Source: Macrostomum lignano (Eukaryota). From it: a stretch of DNA of 64,000 nucleotides. The stretch is taken from assembly GCA_002269645.1 (NCBI GenBank), contig NIVC01000366.1, positions 310,001-374,000 of the forward strand, read 5' to 3'. Of the stretch, positions 1 to 14,200 are shown piece after piece; position 1 is the first letter of the stretch; each line of letters opens with the position of its first letter. Made by a program: the position numbers and the translations under genes. Below the pieces are notes generated by a model. The model ran no database searches. It saw nothing but the letters and a program-made list of their open reading frames with translations, and had not been told where the DNA came from.

Positions 1-430
1 TAGGATGACCTTCTGTAGGATGACCTTCTGTTGGATGACCTTCTATAGGATACCCTCTGTTGGATGACCTTCTATAGGATACCCTCTGTAGGATGACCTT
101 CTGTAGGATACCCTCTGTAGGATGACCTTCTGTAGGAGTACCTTCTGTAGAATGATCTACTGTAGGATGACCTTCTGTAGGATGACCTTCTGTAGGATGA
201 CCTTCTGTAGGATGACCTTCTGTAGGATGACCTTGAGTAGGATGACCTTCCCTTCTGTAGGATGACCTTCTGTAAGATGACCTTCTGTAGGATGACCTTC
301 TGTAAGATGACCTTCTGTAGGATGACCTTCTGTAGGATGACCTTCTATAGGATACCCTCTGTAGGATGACCTTCTATAGGATACCCTCTGTAGGATGACC
401 TTCTGTAGGATTACCTTCTGTAGGAAGACT
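1..430. repeat. 15-bp minisatellite (TAGGATGACCTTCTG)n, degenerate end of the array
   Basis: Direct tandem repeats in a TRPA1 intron; same unit as 5940-8200. Confidence 0.95.
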
Positions 431-527
431 TTTACTCAAAAATAGTTTTCTAGAAACTTTAAAGGTAACGTGGGAATGCGAGAAGGATCTTTTTAGGGAG
501 CCTCGCGCTTTGAGGACATGGGCTTAC

Positions 528-3500
528 CGTTGAAAGAATAGAAGGAAGTTAAACCAGGCGAGGAACACTGCAACAGATCCAGTAGCCTGTTGGTAATGCT
601 GGCCTTCTCCTGTCAGGTGCGATAGAGCGTAGACTAAGGTTACGCAATAGAGAGCATTTTCCAAATAGTTCACTGCATCGGTCAGGTAACGTAGGCGCTG
701 AAATGCATATCAGGTGTTTCTTGTGGCTAACAGGGAGGAGGGGGTGATTCTGCCTTTGTCTATTTATGATTCAATCTAATAAATGGTGATTCCAGGTAGT
801 GGGTGGTGATTTTAATCAGCAGGCGATGATTTTAGCTAAAAAGTGATGATTCTAATCAACAGGTGATGATTCTAATCAACAGGTAATGATTTTAATCAAC
901 AGGTAATGATTCTAAATAACAGGTAATGATTCTTATCAACAGGTGATGATTCTTATCAACAGGTAATGATTTTAATCAACAGGTAATGATTCTTATCAAC
1001 AGGTGATGATTCTAATCAACAGGTAATGATTTTAATCAACAGGTGATGATTCTAAATAACAGGTAATGATTTTAATCAACAGGTGATGATTCTTATCAAC
1101 AGGTAATGATTTTAATCAACAGGTAATGATTCTAATAAACTGGTAATGATTTTAATCAACAGGTAATGATTTTAATCAACAGGTGATGATTCTAATAAAC
1201 TGGTAATGATTTTAATCAACAGGTAATGATTCTAATCAACAGGTAATGATTCTAATAAACTGGTAATGATTTTAATCAACAGGTAATGATTTTAATCAAC
1301 AGGTAATGATTCTAATAAACTGGTAATGATTTTAATCAACAGGTAATGATTTTAATCAACAGGTAATGATTCTTATCAACAGGTAATGATTTTAATCAAC
1401 AGGTGATGATTCTAATAAACTGGTAATGATTTTAATAAACTGGTAATGATTCTAATAAACTGGTAATGATTCTAATAAACTGGTAATGATTTTAATCAAC
1501 AGGTAATGATTTTAATCAACAGGTAATGATTTTAATCAACAGGTAATGATTCTAATAAACTGGTAATGATTCTTATCAACAGGTAGTGATTCTAATAAAC
1601 TGGTAATGATTCTAATAAACTGGTAATGATTCTAATAAACTGGTAATGATTCTATTAAACTGGTAATGATTCTAATAAACTGGTAATGATTCTTATCAAC
1701 AGGTAGTGATTCTAATAAACTGGTAATGATTCTAATAAACTGGTAATGATTCTAATCAACAGGTAATGATTCTAATAAACTGGTAATGATTTTAATCAAC
1801 AGGTAATGATTTTAATCAACAGGTAATGATTCTAATAAACTGGTAATGATTTTAATCAACAGGTAATGATTCTTATCAACAGGTAATGATTTTAATCAAC
1901 AGGTGATGATTCTAATAAACTGGTAATGATTCTAATAAACTGGTAATGATTCTAATAAACTGGTAATGATTCTAATAAACTGGTAATGATTTTAATCAAC
2001 AGGTAATGATTTTAATCAACAGGTAATGATTTTAATAAACTGGTAATGATTCTAATAAACTGGTAATGATTCTAATAAACTGGTAATGATTCTAATAAAC
2101 TGGTAATGATTCTAATAAACTGGTAATGATTCTAATAAACTGGTAATGATTTTAATCAACAGGTAATGATTTTAATCAACAGGTAATGATTCTAATAAAC
2201 TGGTAATGATTTTAATCAACAGGTAATGATTTTAATCAACAGGTAATGATTTTAATCAACAGGTAATGATTCTAATAAACTGGTAATGATTTTAATCAAC
2301 AGGTAATGATTTTAATCAACAGGTAATGATTTTAATCAACAGGTAATGATTCTAATAAACTGGTAATAATTCTTATCAACAGGTAGTGATTCTAATAAAC
2401 TGGAAATGATTCTAATAAAGTGGTAATGATTCTAATAAACTGGTAATGATTCTAATAAACTGGTAATGATTCTAATAAACTGGTAATGATTCTTATCAAC
2501 AGGTAGTGATTCTAATAAACTGGTAATGATTCTAATAAACTGGTAATGATTCTAATAAACTGGTAATGATTCTAATAAACAGGTAATGATTCTAATAAAC
2601 TGGTAATGATTCTAATAAACTGGTAATGATTCTTATCAACAGAAAGTGATTCTAATAAACTGGTAATGATTCTAATAAACTGGTAATGATTCTAATAAAC
2701 TGGTAATGATTCTAATAAACTGGTAATGATTCTAATAAACTGGTAATGATTCTAATAAACTGGTAATGATTCTAATAAACTGGTAATGATTCTAATAAAC
2801 TGGTAATGATTTTAATCAACAGGTAATGATTCTAATAAACTGGTAATGATTTTAATCAACAGGTAATGATTTTAATCAACAGGTAATGATTTTAATCAAC
2901 AGGTAATGATTCTAATAAACTGGTAATGATTTTAATCAACAGGTAATGATTTTAATCAACAGGTAATGATTTTAATCAACAGGTAATGATTCTAATAAAC
3001 TGGTAATGATTCTTATCAACAGGTAGTGATTCTAATAAACTGGTAATGATTCTAATAAACTGGTAATGATTCTAATAAACTGGTAATGATTCTAATAAAC
3101 TGGTAATGATTCTAATAAACTGGTAATGATTCTAATAAACTGGTAATGATTCTAAGAAACTGGTAATGATTCTAATAAACTGGTAATGATTCTAATAAAC
3201 TGGTAATGATTCTAATAAACTGGTAATGATTCTAAGAAACTGGTAATGATTCTAATAAACTGGTAATGATTCTAATAAACTGGTAATGATTCTAATAAAC
3301 TGGTAATGATTCTTATCAACAGGTAGTGATTCTAATAAACTGGTAATGATTCTAATAAACTGGTAATGATTCTAATAAACTGGTAATGATTCTAATAAAC
3401 TGGTAATGATTCTAATAAACTGGTAATGATTCTAATAAACTGGTAATGATTCTAATAAACTGGTAATGATTCTAATAAACTGGTAATGATTCTAATAAAC

Positions 3501-6500
3501 TGGTAATGATTCTAATAACCTGGTAATGATTCTAATAAACTGGTAATGATTCTAAGAAACTGGTAATGATTCTAATAAACTGGTAATGATTCTAATAAAC
3601 TGGTAATGATTCTAATAAACTGGTAATGATTCTTATCAACAGGTAGTGATTCTAATAAACTGGAAATGATTCTAATAAACTGGTAATGATTCTAATAAAC
3701 TGGTAATGATTCTTATCAACAGGTAGTGATTCTAATAAACTGGTAATGATTCTAATAAACTGGTAATGATTCTAATAAACTGGTAATGATTCTAATAAAC
3801 TGGTAATGATTCTAATAAACTGGTAATGATTCTAATAAACTGGTAATGATTCTAAGAAACTGGTAATGATTCTAATAAACTGGTAATGATTCTAATAAAC
3901 TGGTAATGATTCTAATAAACTGGTAATGATTCTAAGAAACTGGTAATGATTCTAATAAACTGGTAATGATTTTAATCAACAGGTAATGATTTTAATCAAC
4001 AGGTAATGATTCTAATAAACTGGTAATGATTTTAATCAACAGGTAATGATTTTAATCAACAGGTAATGATTTTAATCAACAGGTGATGATTCTAATAAAC
4101 TGGTAATGATTCTAATAAACTGGTAATGATTCTAATAAACTGGTAATGATTCTAATAAACTGGTAATGATTTTAATCAACAGGTAATGATTTTAATCAAC
4201 AGGTAATGATTTTAATCAACAGGTAATGATTCTAATAAACTGGTAATGATTCTTATCAACAGGTAGTGATTCTAATAAACTGGTAATGATTCTAATAAAC
4301 TGGTAATGATTCTAATAAACTGGTAATGATTCTAATAAACTGGTAATGATTCTAATAAACTGGTAATGATTCTTATCAACAGGTAGTGATTCTAATAAAC
4401 TGGTAATGATTCTAATAAACTGGTAATGATTCTAATAAACTGGTAATGATTCTAATAAACTGGTAATGATTCTAAGAAACTGGTAATGATTCTAATAAAC
4501 TGGTAATGATTCTAATAAACTGGTAATGATTCTAATAAACTGGTAATGATTCTTATCAACAGGTAGTGATTCTAATAAACTGGTAATGATTCTAATAAAC
4601 TGGTAATGATTCTAATAAACTGGTAATGATTCTAATAAACTGGTAATGATTCTAATAAACTGGTAATGATTCTAATAAACTGGTAATGATTTTAATCAAC
4701 AGGTAATGATTTTAATCAACAGGTAATGATTCTAATAAACTGGTAATGATTTTAATCAACAGGTAATGATTTTAATCAACAGGTAATGATTTTAATCAAC
4801 AGGTAATGATTCTAATAAACTGGTAATGATTTTAATCAACAGGTAATGATTTTAATCAACAGGTAATGATTTTAATCAACAGGTAATGATTCTAATAAAC
4901 TGGTAATGATTCTTATCAACAGGTAGTGATTCTAATAAACTGGTAATGATTCTAATAAACTGGTAATGATTCTAATAAACTGGTAATGATTCTAATAAAC
5001 TGGTAATGATTCTAATAAACTGGTAATGATTCTTATCAACAGGTAGTGATTCTAATAAACTGGTAATGATTCTAATAAACTGGTAATGATTCTAATAAAC
5101 TGGTAATGATTCTAATAAACTGGTAATGATTCTAAGAAACTGGTAATGATTCTAATAAACTGGTAATGATTCTTATCAACAGGTAGTGATACTAACCAAC
5201 AGGTGATGATTCTAATCAACAGCTGATAAGATTCTAATCAACAGGTGATAATTCTAATCAGCAGGTGATGATTCTAATTAGCAGGTGATGATTCTAATCA
5301 GCAGGTGATGATTCAAATTAGCAGGTGATAATTCTAATCAGCAGGTGATGATTCTAATCAGCAGGTGATAATTCAAATCAGCTGGTTATGATTCTACCCA
5401 ACAGGGGGTGATTCAAATTAACAGGTGATGACTCTAATCAACAGGTGATAATTCTAGATATCTAGCGGAGATAAAACATTCCTCAAAGACGCTGACCCAG
5501 TAACACATACCTGATGGTACAGCTGCATCAGCTCCTTGATCCAGTTGACAATGCAAAATACAACGATGAAAATTGGTGGAACTAGACGCTCCCAGGTTGG
5601 CTCCTACAAAAGCATCAATAAAGCGTGTTGAAAAATCTAATTGATCGTTTCTTTGAGCACGATAATTCTAAAATTCAAACTCACCACGGCCATTGAGCAC
5701 TGGTTCTTAGCCGGCACATCAGTATGCTGAGGCTGTTTGCGGATGGCCAGCCAGGAGAGCATGGCTAAGAACACGGTGTAAACCAACAGGCTGAAGTTGT
5801 GAATCCAGCAGCCATACTGACGCCTGTAAGACCGTAAATCGATTGTAGCCGAACAATAAATGGTGTAGAATGGTGTGAAATCTGTCTAAACACTACTATG
5901 TAGCAAGAGAGAATATTTTTATAATGGAATTTCTCAAGCAAGGCCTTCTGTAGGAAGACCATCTATAGGAAGACCTTCTGTAGGATGACCTTCTGTAGGA
6001 TGACCTTCTGTAGGATGACCTTCTGTAGGATGACCTTCTGTAGGATGACCTTCTGTAGGATGACCTTCTGTAGGATGACCTTCTGTAGGATGACCTTCTG
6101 TAGGATGACCTTCTGTAGGATGACCTTCTGTAGGATGACCTTCTGTAGGATGACCTTCTGTAGGATGACCTTCTGTAGGATGACCTTCTGTAGGATGACC
6201 TTCTGTAGGATGACCTTCTGTAGGATGACCTTCTGTAGGATGACCTTCTGTAGGATGACCTTCTGTAGGAAGACCTTCTGTAGGATGACCTTCTGTAGGA
6301 TGACCTTCTGTAGGATGACCTTCTGTAGGATGACCTTCTGTAGGATGACCTTCTGTAGGATGACCTTCTGTAGGATGACCTTCTGTAGGATGACCTTCTG
6401 TAGGATGACCTTCTGTAGGATGACCTTCTGTAGGATGACCTTCTGTAGGATGACCTTCTGTAGGATGACCTTCTGTAGGATGACCTTCTGTAGGATGACC

Positions 6501-9500
6501 TTCTGTAGGATGACCTTCTGTAAGATGACCTTCTGTAGGATGACCTTCTGTAGGATGACCTTCTGTAGGATGACCTTCTGTAGGATGACCTTCTGTAGGA
6601 TGACCTTCTGTAGGATGACCTTCTGTAGGATGACCTTCTGTAAGATGACCTTCTGTAGGATGACCTTCTGTAGGATGACCTTCTGTAGGATGACCTTCTG
6701 TAGGAAGACCTTCTGTAGGATGACCTTCTGTAGGATGACCTTCTGTAGGATGACCTTCTGTAGGATGACCTTCTGTAGGATGACCTTCTGTAGGATGACC
6801 TTCTGTAGGATGACCTTCTGTAGGATGACCTTCTGTAGGATGACCTTCTGTAGGATGACCTTCTGTAGGATGACCTTCTGTAGGATGACCTTCTGTAGGA
6901 TGACCTTCTGTAAGATGACCTTCTGTAGGATGACCTTCTGTAGGATGACCTTCTGTAGGATGACCTTCTGTAGGATGACCTTCTGTAGGATGACCTTCTG
7001 TAAGATGACCTTCTGTAAGATGACCTTCTGTAGGATGACCTTCTGTAGGATGACCTTCTGTAGGATGACCTTCTGTAGGAAGACCTTCTGTAGGATGACC
7101 ATCTGTAGGATGACCTTCTGTAGGATGACCTTCTGTAGGATGACCTTCTGTAGGATGACCTTCTGTAGGATGACCTTCTGTAGGATGACCTTCTGTAGGA
7201 TGACCTTCTGTAGGATGACCTTCTGTAGGATGACCTTCTGTAGGATGACCTTCTGTAGGATGACCTTCTGTAGGATGACCTTCTGTAGGATGACCTTCTG
7301 TAGGATGACCTTCTGTAGGATGACCTTCTGTAGGATGACCTTCTGTAGGATGACCTTCTGTAGGATGACCTTCTGTAGGATGACCTTCTGTAGGATGACC
7401 TTCTGTAGGATGACCTTCTGTAGGATGACCTTCTGTAGGATGACCTTCTGTAAGATGACCTTCTGTAGGATGACCTTCTGTAGGATGACCTTCTGTAGGA
7501 TGACCTTCTGTAGGATGACCTTCTGTAGGATGACCTTCTGTAAGATGACCTTCTGTAGGATGACCTTCTGTAGGATGACCTTCTGTAGGATGACCTTCTG
7601 TAGGATGACCTTCTGTAGGATGACCTTCTGTAGGATGACCTTCTGTAGGATGACCTTCTGTAGGATGACCTTCTGTAGGATGACCTTCTGTAAGATGACC
7701 TTCTGTAGGATGACCTTCTGTAGGATGACCTTCTGTAGGATGACCTTCTGTAGGATGACCTTCTGTAGGATGACCTTCTGTAAGATGACCTTCTGTAGGA
7801 TGTCCTTCTGTAGGATGACCTTCTGTAGGATGACCTTCTGTAGGATGACCTTCTGTAGGATGACCTTCTGTAGGATGACCTTCTGTAGGATGACCTTCTG
7901 TAGGATGACCTTCTGTAGGATGACCTTCTGTAAGATGACCTTCTGTAGGATGACCTTCTGTAGGATGACCTTCTGTAGGATGACCTTCTGTAGGATGACC
8001 TTCTGTAGGATGACCTTCTGTAGGATGACCTTCTGTAAGATGACCTTCTGTAGGATGACCTTCTGTAGGATGACCTTCTGTAGGATGACCTTGTGTAGGA
8101 TGACCTTCTGTAGGATGTCCTTCTGTAGGATGACCTTCTGTAAGATGACCTTAGTAAGATGCCCTTTTGTAACATGACCTTCTGTCGTAATACCTTCTGA
8201 CCTTATAAAATAAATGAAGACACTATAGAGGTAGACATAATGAAGGAAGAAATTTTAGCGGAAGACGTTCTGTGGGAATACCTTACGTAGGTGGAAATAT
8301 TTTAAAAGTGACTTTATTTTGCAGGAAACCTACAGAAGTTGTTATTAGGAAAACTATATGCTGTTTAAAGTTTCACTATGACCTGGGAAAAGTGTTTCCG
8401 CGGAAGACACCAACCGTAGGAAAACACAGAAAATGTACGTAGAATAATGAGAAATAAAAGTATATCATGGTTTTGAAATTTTGAAATTATGGTACCATAA
8501 AGTAAAAAATCGTAAAGGTTAAGAAATTAACAACGGATTCATTCTGAAAGAAAATTGCCTTAATTGTACTTTTTAATGAATCTAACAACTGAAAAATCTA
8601 TATTATCGTCACGCCCTTACCACTTCATCTGTAGGTAATTCTCCACAACAGGATGAATCAACAGGTTCGTTCGTTGTAGCTTCACCATCAGCTGAAGTTG
8701 AAATGCGTGTTTTATAGTATCTTATACTTTTTAATGAAGTTCGAACCCAAAACCTGATTGAAGTGATGAAGCAACGGGTTTCTGTGTTGGTAAAACAAAG
8801 ATTTTACCTGCACGGACGGTAAATAGTCGTAATTACGACCGGTTCTCTGTTCGATGTCCGCTATTTGAGTTGGATCTGCTTGTAGCATTGAGAAATCGTA
8901 GACTTTCTGAAATTAAAGAAAATCAATAAATCAATAAAACGCCTTAGACCGTTAGAAGAAAGTCAGCTATTCAATAATTATAATATATTAATAATTGATT
9001 ACGCCTGCCTTAATGACCAGATGTGCAACCGACAGCTCAGCCGCAACTATTGCGCGGCCCATTTGAAGTCAAGAATCGAACCCCCGACCTTTCAGTCGCG
9101 AATCCGACGCTCTAACCTCAAGGCTACAACCCCCCTAGTTATTCATCAATTTACGTGCATTAATCTGCGCTCACCTTTCCGGCAGACTCCGTGATGCAGC
9201 GGTCCAGCAGAGGCTGTTTTTATAGAGGAAACAATTTACAAATTCTGTGTTACATGACTTGTACAAGTGACATGCAAAAACAGATCAGTTTCTTGTACTT
9301 TGCAGCGCTGCGGAGTAAATGTATTGATTTTTTGGTACATCAATATCTCAGCTTGCATCCCTGCTAAATTTCATTGGAAGGTCATGTACAAAAATGCCGT
9401 AAATGAAAGATGAACTTTTCCGTTTTCCAATGACTCAGTAAAAGAACTACCTCAGTACACTCGGGCATGCGCCTGATGGTCTCAAACACGGGCCACTTGG

Positions 9501-11181
9501 TGCTGTATTGGCAGTGCATTATCTCCTTCCATCGGCTGTGGGCAATGCAGGCTTTCACAACAGACTCCTGGCCTTTGGCGATGGCGCAATTAATGAAGCT
9601 GTCGCCTCGTATGTCTGACTGGAGCTTGGCGTTCTCGCTCAACAGGTAGAGCAAGGCGTCGATCTGACCCTGCTCGGCTGCGTAGTGCAGTGGCGTTTTC
9701 TGGATTTGAGCATGAAATTCAACAGGGTTTCATTAGTTCGAAACGCTTCGAAAGCTTCTATACTATCAGGATAAATTTAACAAAGTAAACAGAGTAGTAA
9801 AACGAGAATTTAGAATATTTCCTTCAGTTTATATGGGTTTGCATTTAAAAAAAGCGACCCGATTTTGATTGAAACGAGTCCACGATAAAAGGACAATCCC
9901 CCAATAGGGCGGCGCTCTGATGTACCAGCATTCCAGGCTCGATTCCAAGTGCAGTCACATTAATTTGTGGCTAAATTGGAATCTCTGCTTGGCTCTGCTC
10001 GTGCAATTAACGGCCTTGAAGGTCAACCCCCAAGGCACAGTGAAGTGTACATGCCTAAAGATAAATAAAGTTAGGGCCGCTGTCTACTCTTGTGTGGGTG
10101 TGTTGTGCCTGTGCGCATGACTGCGTACGTATCCGCGCGATTTTGTGCCTGCTCAGGGGAGTCGGCGGAATGGGCAGCTAGTTGTGTGACAATGTCGCTT
10201 AAAGTGCACCAATGTGACAGCCCCTTGACTATAACATAAAAAAAGAATAAAGAACAGGAAGCCATTAATTCTACGGTAAGAGTGATACTCTATTCTGACG
10301 TCATTCTAGCCTGGGCAGCCCCTCCGAAGACTTCAACTCAAGACTTGACAAAGTGCTTCAATAGTACATGTAGACTGCGAGACTCACCCCGCATTTGGTG
10401 CGCGCGTCGATGCCTGACTTGTTGACACTGACCAACAGTTTGAGTATGTCGGTGTGACCAAACTCGGCAGCCACGTGAACGGGCGTTTTGCCGCAGAAGC
10501 CTCTGCAATTTCAGACAGACTACAATTTGAATACCGCTGTCTGCTTAAAAAACACAGTCTTCGTCAAGACCTCGATTCAAAATACTTTAGCAACATTGAA
10601 AAAGTGCTCTAAAACTATGGAGGAGTGAAGTCTTAGGTTAAGTTCAGGGGGCTGGTTTTCGCCGAAAAATACACTACGGAGATAGGAGATTTTCATTTTT
10701 CAGCACAAAAATTGTTATTGCTTTCGATCGGAGGCATTTTTTATTCTACCTACATTTGCACATATCCTGTGCCTAAAAACCATTAAAATGACACGGCTCG
10801 GCGCATTGGTTTTATGAATCTGTTTTGTCATTCTTAGCTGACTTGCAGTGTAACAATTTGGGTAACAGAGATGACAAAATGGACTCATAAAACCAAATGA
10901 GTCGAGCAAACAAAAAGCCCTAAGAATATCAAAAGCGCTATAAAAAGGCACAGCATATCAAAAGACAAACACTGGGTCTGCCTCCTATCAAAAGCATTAA
11001 CCATTTTTTGTGCTGAAAGAATGAAAACTTTCTATCTCCGTAGTGTATTTTTCAGCGCCTTGGGCCTTGGCAACTAGTTGGACAATTTACGCTCTTTTAG
11101 GTATTTGAGGTGTGTAGGGTTGATCCTGCTATAGAATCAGTGAAATAAAATCGTTTATCGCCATGAATTAACTAAGACACG

Positions 11182-11216
<35 letters not shown>

Positions 11217-14200
11217 GTTGAACTGAGATCCCTTGCTGAGCAGGTAGGACACAATCCGATGATGTCCAAACATGCAGGCGATGTGCAGTGCCGAATAGCC
11301 AACGACGTCTTTGTGGTTCATCTCCGAAGGATGCAGCTCGATTATGTTTCGACAGGTCTTGAGACGGCCGTATCTGGCGGCGTAGTGAATTGGCGCCTGT
11401 TTCTCATTGTTAGACACGTTGCAGATGGCGCCTGCGGCCAGGAACAGCTGCAGGAAGCGCAGATCGCCCTTCTTAGCTGCATAGTGCAACGGTGTGCTGC
11501 CGCTCTGGTCTCGCTTGTTGATGAGCGCGGAAATTTCCTGGCCCTGGCGATTAGGAATGCTCGGAACTTTATCATTGAGCAGTGCAAGGGATTGAAACAG
11601 CAATGAATAAACACGATGGAAAAGTTGCAAGGATATAAATTATTGAAAGGTACAAAGACGCTGACGGTAAGGTTTCAGGGATCCAAAGGGTAGGGTTGTG
11701 GGGATCTATAAGGGTTGCAGGGACCCAAAGGGTAGGGTTGTAGGGGACCCAAAGGTGGGGTTGCAGAGGGCCCAAAAGATAGGGTCGCGGAGGACCCAAA
11801 GGTTGCGTTGCAGGGACCCAAGGGTAGAGTTGCAGGGGACCCAAAAGGTGGGGTTGCAGGGGACCCAAAGGGTAGGGTTGCAGGGACCCAAAAGGTAGGG
11901 TTGTGGGGATCTATAAGGGTTGCAGGGACCCAAAGGGTAGGGTTGTAGGGGACCCAAAGGTTGGGTTGCAGGGACCCAAAGGTAGGGTTGCAGGGGACCC
12001 AAAGGTTGGGTTGCAGGGGACCCAAAAGGTGGGGTTGCAGGGGACCTAAAGGGTAGGGTTGCAGGGATATAAGTGGTAGGGTTGCAGGGATCCAAAGGGT
12101 TGGGTTGCAGGGACCCAAAGGGTAGGGTTGCAGGGATATAAGTGGTAGGGTAGCAGGGACCCAAAGGGTAGGGTTGCAGGGATCCAAGAAGTAGGGTTTT
12201 CAATCTGGCTTTCAAAAGAGATCGAAGAATCTCCAACGGTTGCTTCAAGTCACCGGTGAGTGTCTGCATTCAGAGAAACCATTAAATGCATTAGTTTAGT
12301 AAAAGTGGCATCCAGTTGTTGAACACCTTATTCTTGTGCAGATAGTCCAAGCACCCGGAACCACCACTGAGCACAATCAGATGCAGAATGTTCCTCTGTT
12401 GTTCGTCTTCAACTTGCACGCAGCTGCCAGCCTGCAGTAGCGCTTTCAGCGCTGACAAAGAGTTCTTCTGAGCGGCTATCAGCAGCGGAGTGAAGCGCTG
12501 GTAGTCGATCGTCTCCTTGTTGGCGCCCTGCGGTTAAGAACAGCTTCATCAAATAATGACAGGTAGCTGTAGGACTCCAATGGGATACTGTGTCGACTAC
12601 TATTTTGATTATTGGGAAGTGCCTGTTAAACGGTTGTCTGTCTATGAGAATGTTTTTGGCTCGCAGAATGTTTTTGGTAACTGTCTATTTGCAATGGAGT
12701 GTTGTTGGTAACTGTCTATTTGCAGTGGAGTGTTGTTGGTAACTGTCTATTTGCAATGGAGTGTTGTTGGTAACTGTCTATTTGCAGTGGAGTGTTGTTG
12801 GTAACTGTCTATTTGCAGTGGAGTGTTGTTGGTAACTGTCTATTTGCAATGGAGTGTTGTTGGTAACTGTCTATTTGCAATGGAGTGTTGTTGGTAACTG
12901 TCTATTTGCAATGGAGTGTTGTTGGTAACTGTCTATTTGCAATGGAGTGTTGTTGGTAACTGTCTATTTGCAGTGGAGTGTTGTTGGTAACTGTCTATTT
13001 GCAATGGAGTGTTGTTGGTAACTGTCTATTTGCAGTGGAGTGTTGTTGGTAACTGTCTATTTGCAGTGGAGTGTTGTTGGTAACTGTCTATTTGCAATGG
13101 AGTGTTGTTGGTAACTGTCTATTTGCAGTGGAGTGTTGTTGGTAACTGTCTATTTGCAATGGAGTGTTGTTGGTAACTGTCTATTTGCAGTGGAGTGTTG
13201 TTGGTAACTGTCTATTTGCAATGGAGTGTTGTTGGTAACTGTCTATTTGCAGTGGAGTGTTGTTGGTAACTGTCTATTTGCAATGGAGTGTTGTTGGTAA
13301 CTGTCTATTTGCAGTGGAGTGTTGTTGGTAACTGTCTATTTGCAGTGGAGTGTTGTTGGTAACTGTCTATTTGCAATGGAGTGTTGTTGGTAACTGTCTA
13401 TTTGCAGTGGAGTGTTGTTGGTAACTGTCTATTTGCAGTGGAGTGTTGTTGGTAACTGTCTATTTGCAGTGGAGTGTTGTTGGTAACTGTCTATTGTATT
13501 TTTATTTATTTGTATTTGTACTCTAGACACTGGACTCTAGACACTGGACTCTAGACACTGGACTCTATACACTGGACTCTAGACACTGGACTCTAGACAC
13601 TGGACTCTAGACACTGGACTCTAGACACTGGACTCTAGACACTGGAATCTAGACACTGGACTCTAGACACTGGACTCTAGACACTGGACTCTAGACACTG
13701 GACTCTAGACACTGGACTCTAGACACTGGACTCTAGACACTGGACTCTAGACACTGGACTCTAGACACTGGACTCTAGACACTGGACTCTAGACACTGGA
13801 CTCTAGACACTGGACTCTAGACACTGGACTCTAGACACTGGACTCTAGACACTGGACTCTAGACACTGGACTCTAGACACTGGACTCTAGACACTGGACT
13901 CTAGACACTGGACTCTAGACACTGGACTCTAGACCCTGGACACTAGACAATAGACGATTGAAAATAGACAACACCGCATCAAACACTGCATGGATCACAA
14001 GGCATAAAACGCAATAAATCACAAATTCACTTTAAATTGACCACCGCCTCACCTGAACTGATAGCGGCGTGTAGCGGCACATTTCCCTCAACATCCGGAA
14101 TGTTAACAACATCCTTAGCCGAGTGACTCTTCTTAGCAGAGCAGAACTCAACCAGCAGTGGCACCGAGCGAAGACTTCCGCTTGCAACGGCCAGGTGAAA

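Noticed and set aside
790-5455. Regular repeat arrays as a possible CRISPR locus
   Set aside because: There are no unique spacers and no cas genes, and the context is eukaryotic and spliced.
5896-8177. 730-759 aa ORFs (RSSYR, MTFCR, QKVIL repeats) resembling RS or protamine-like proteins
   Set aside because: They are stop-free translations of a 15-bp intronic satellite in several frames on both strands, inside a TRPA1 intron.
9068-9135. Possible functional tRNA gene
   Set aside because: The acceptor stem and anticodon arm do not pair cleanly, so it is treated as SINE-like.
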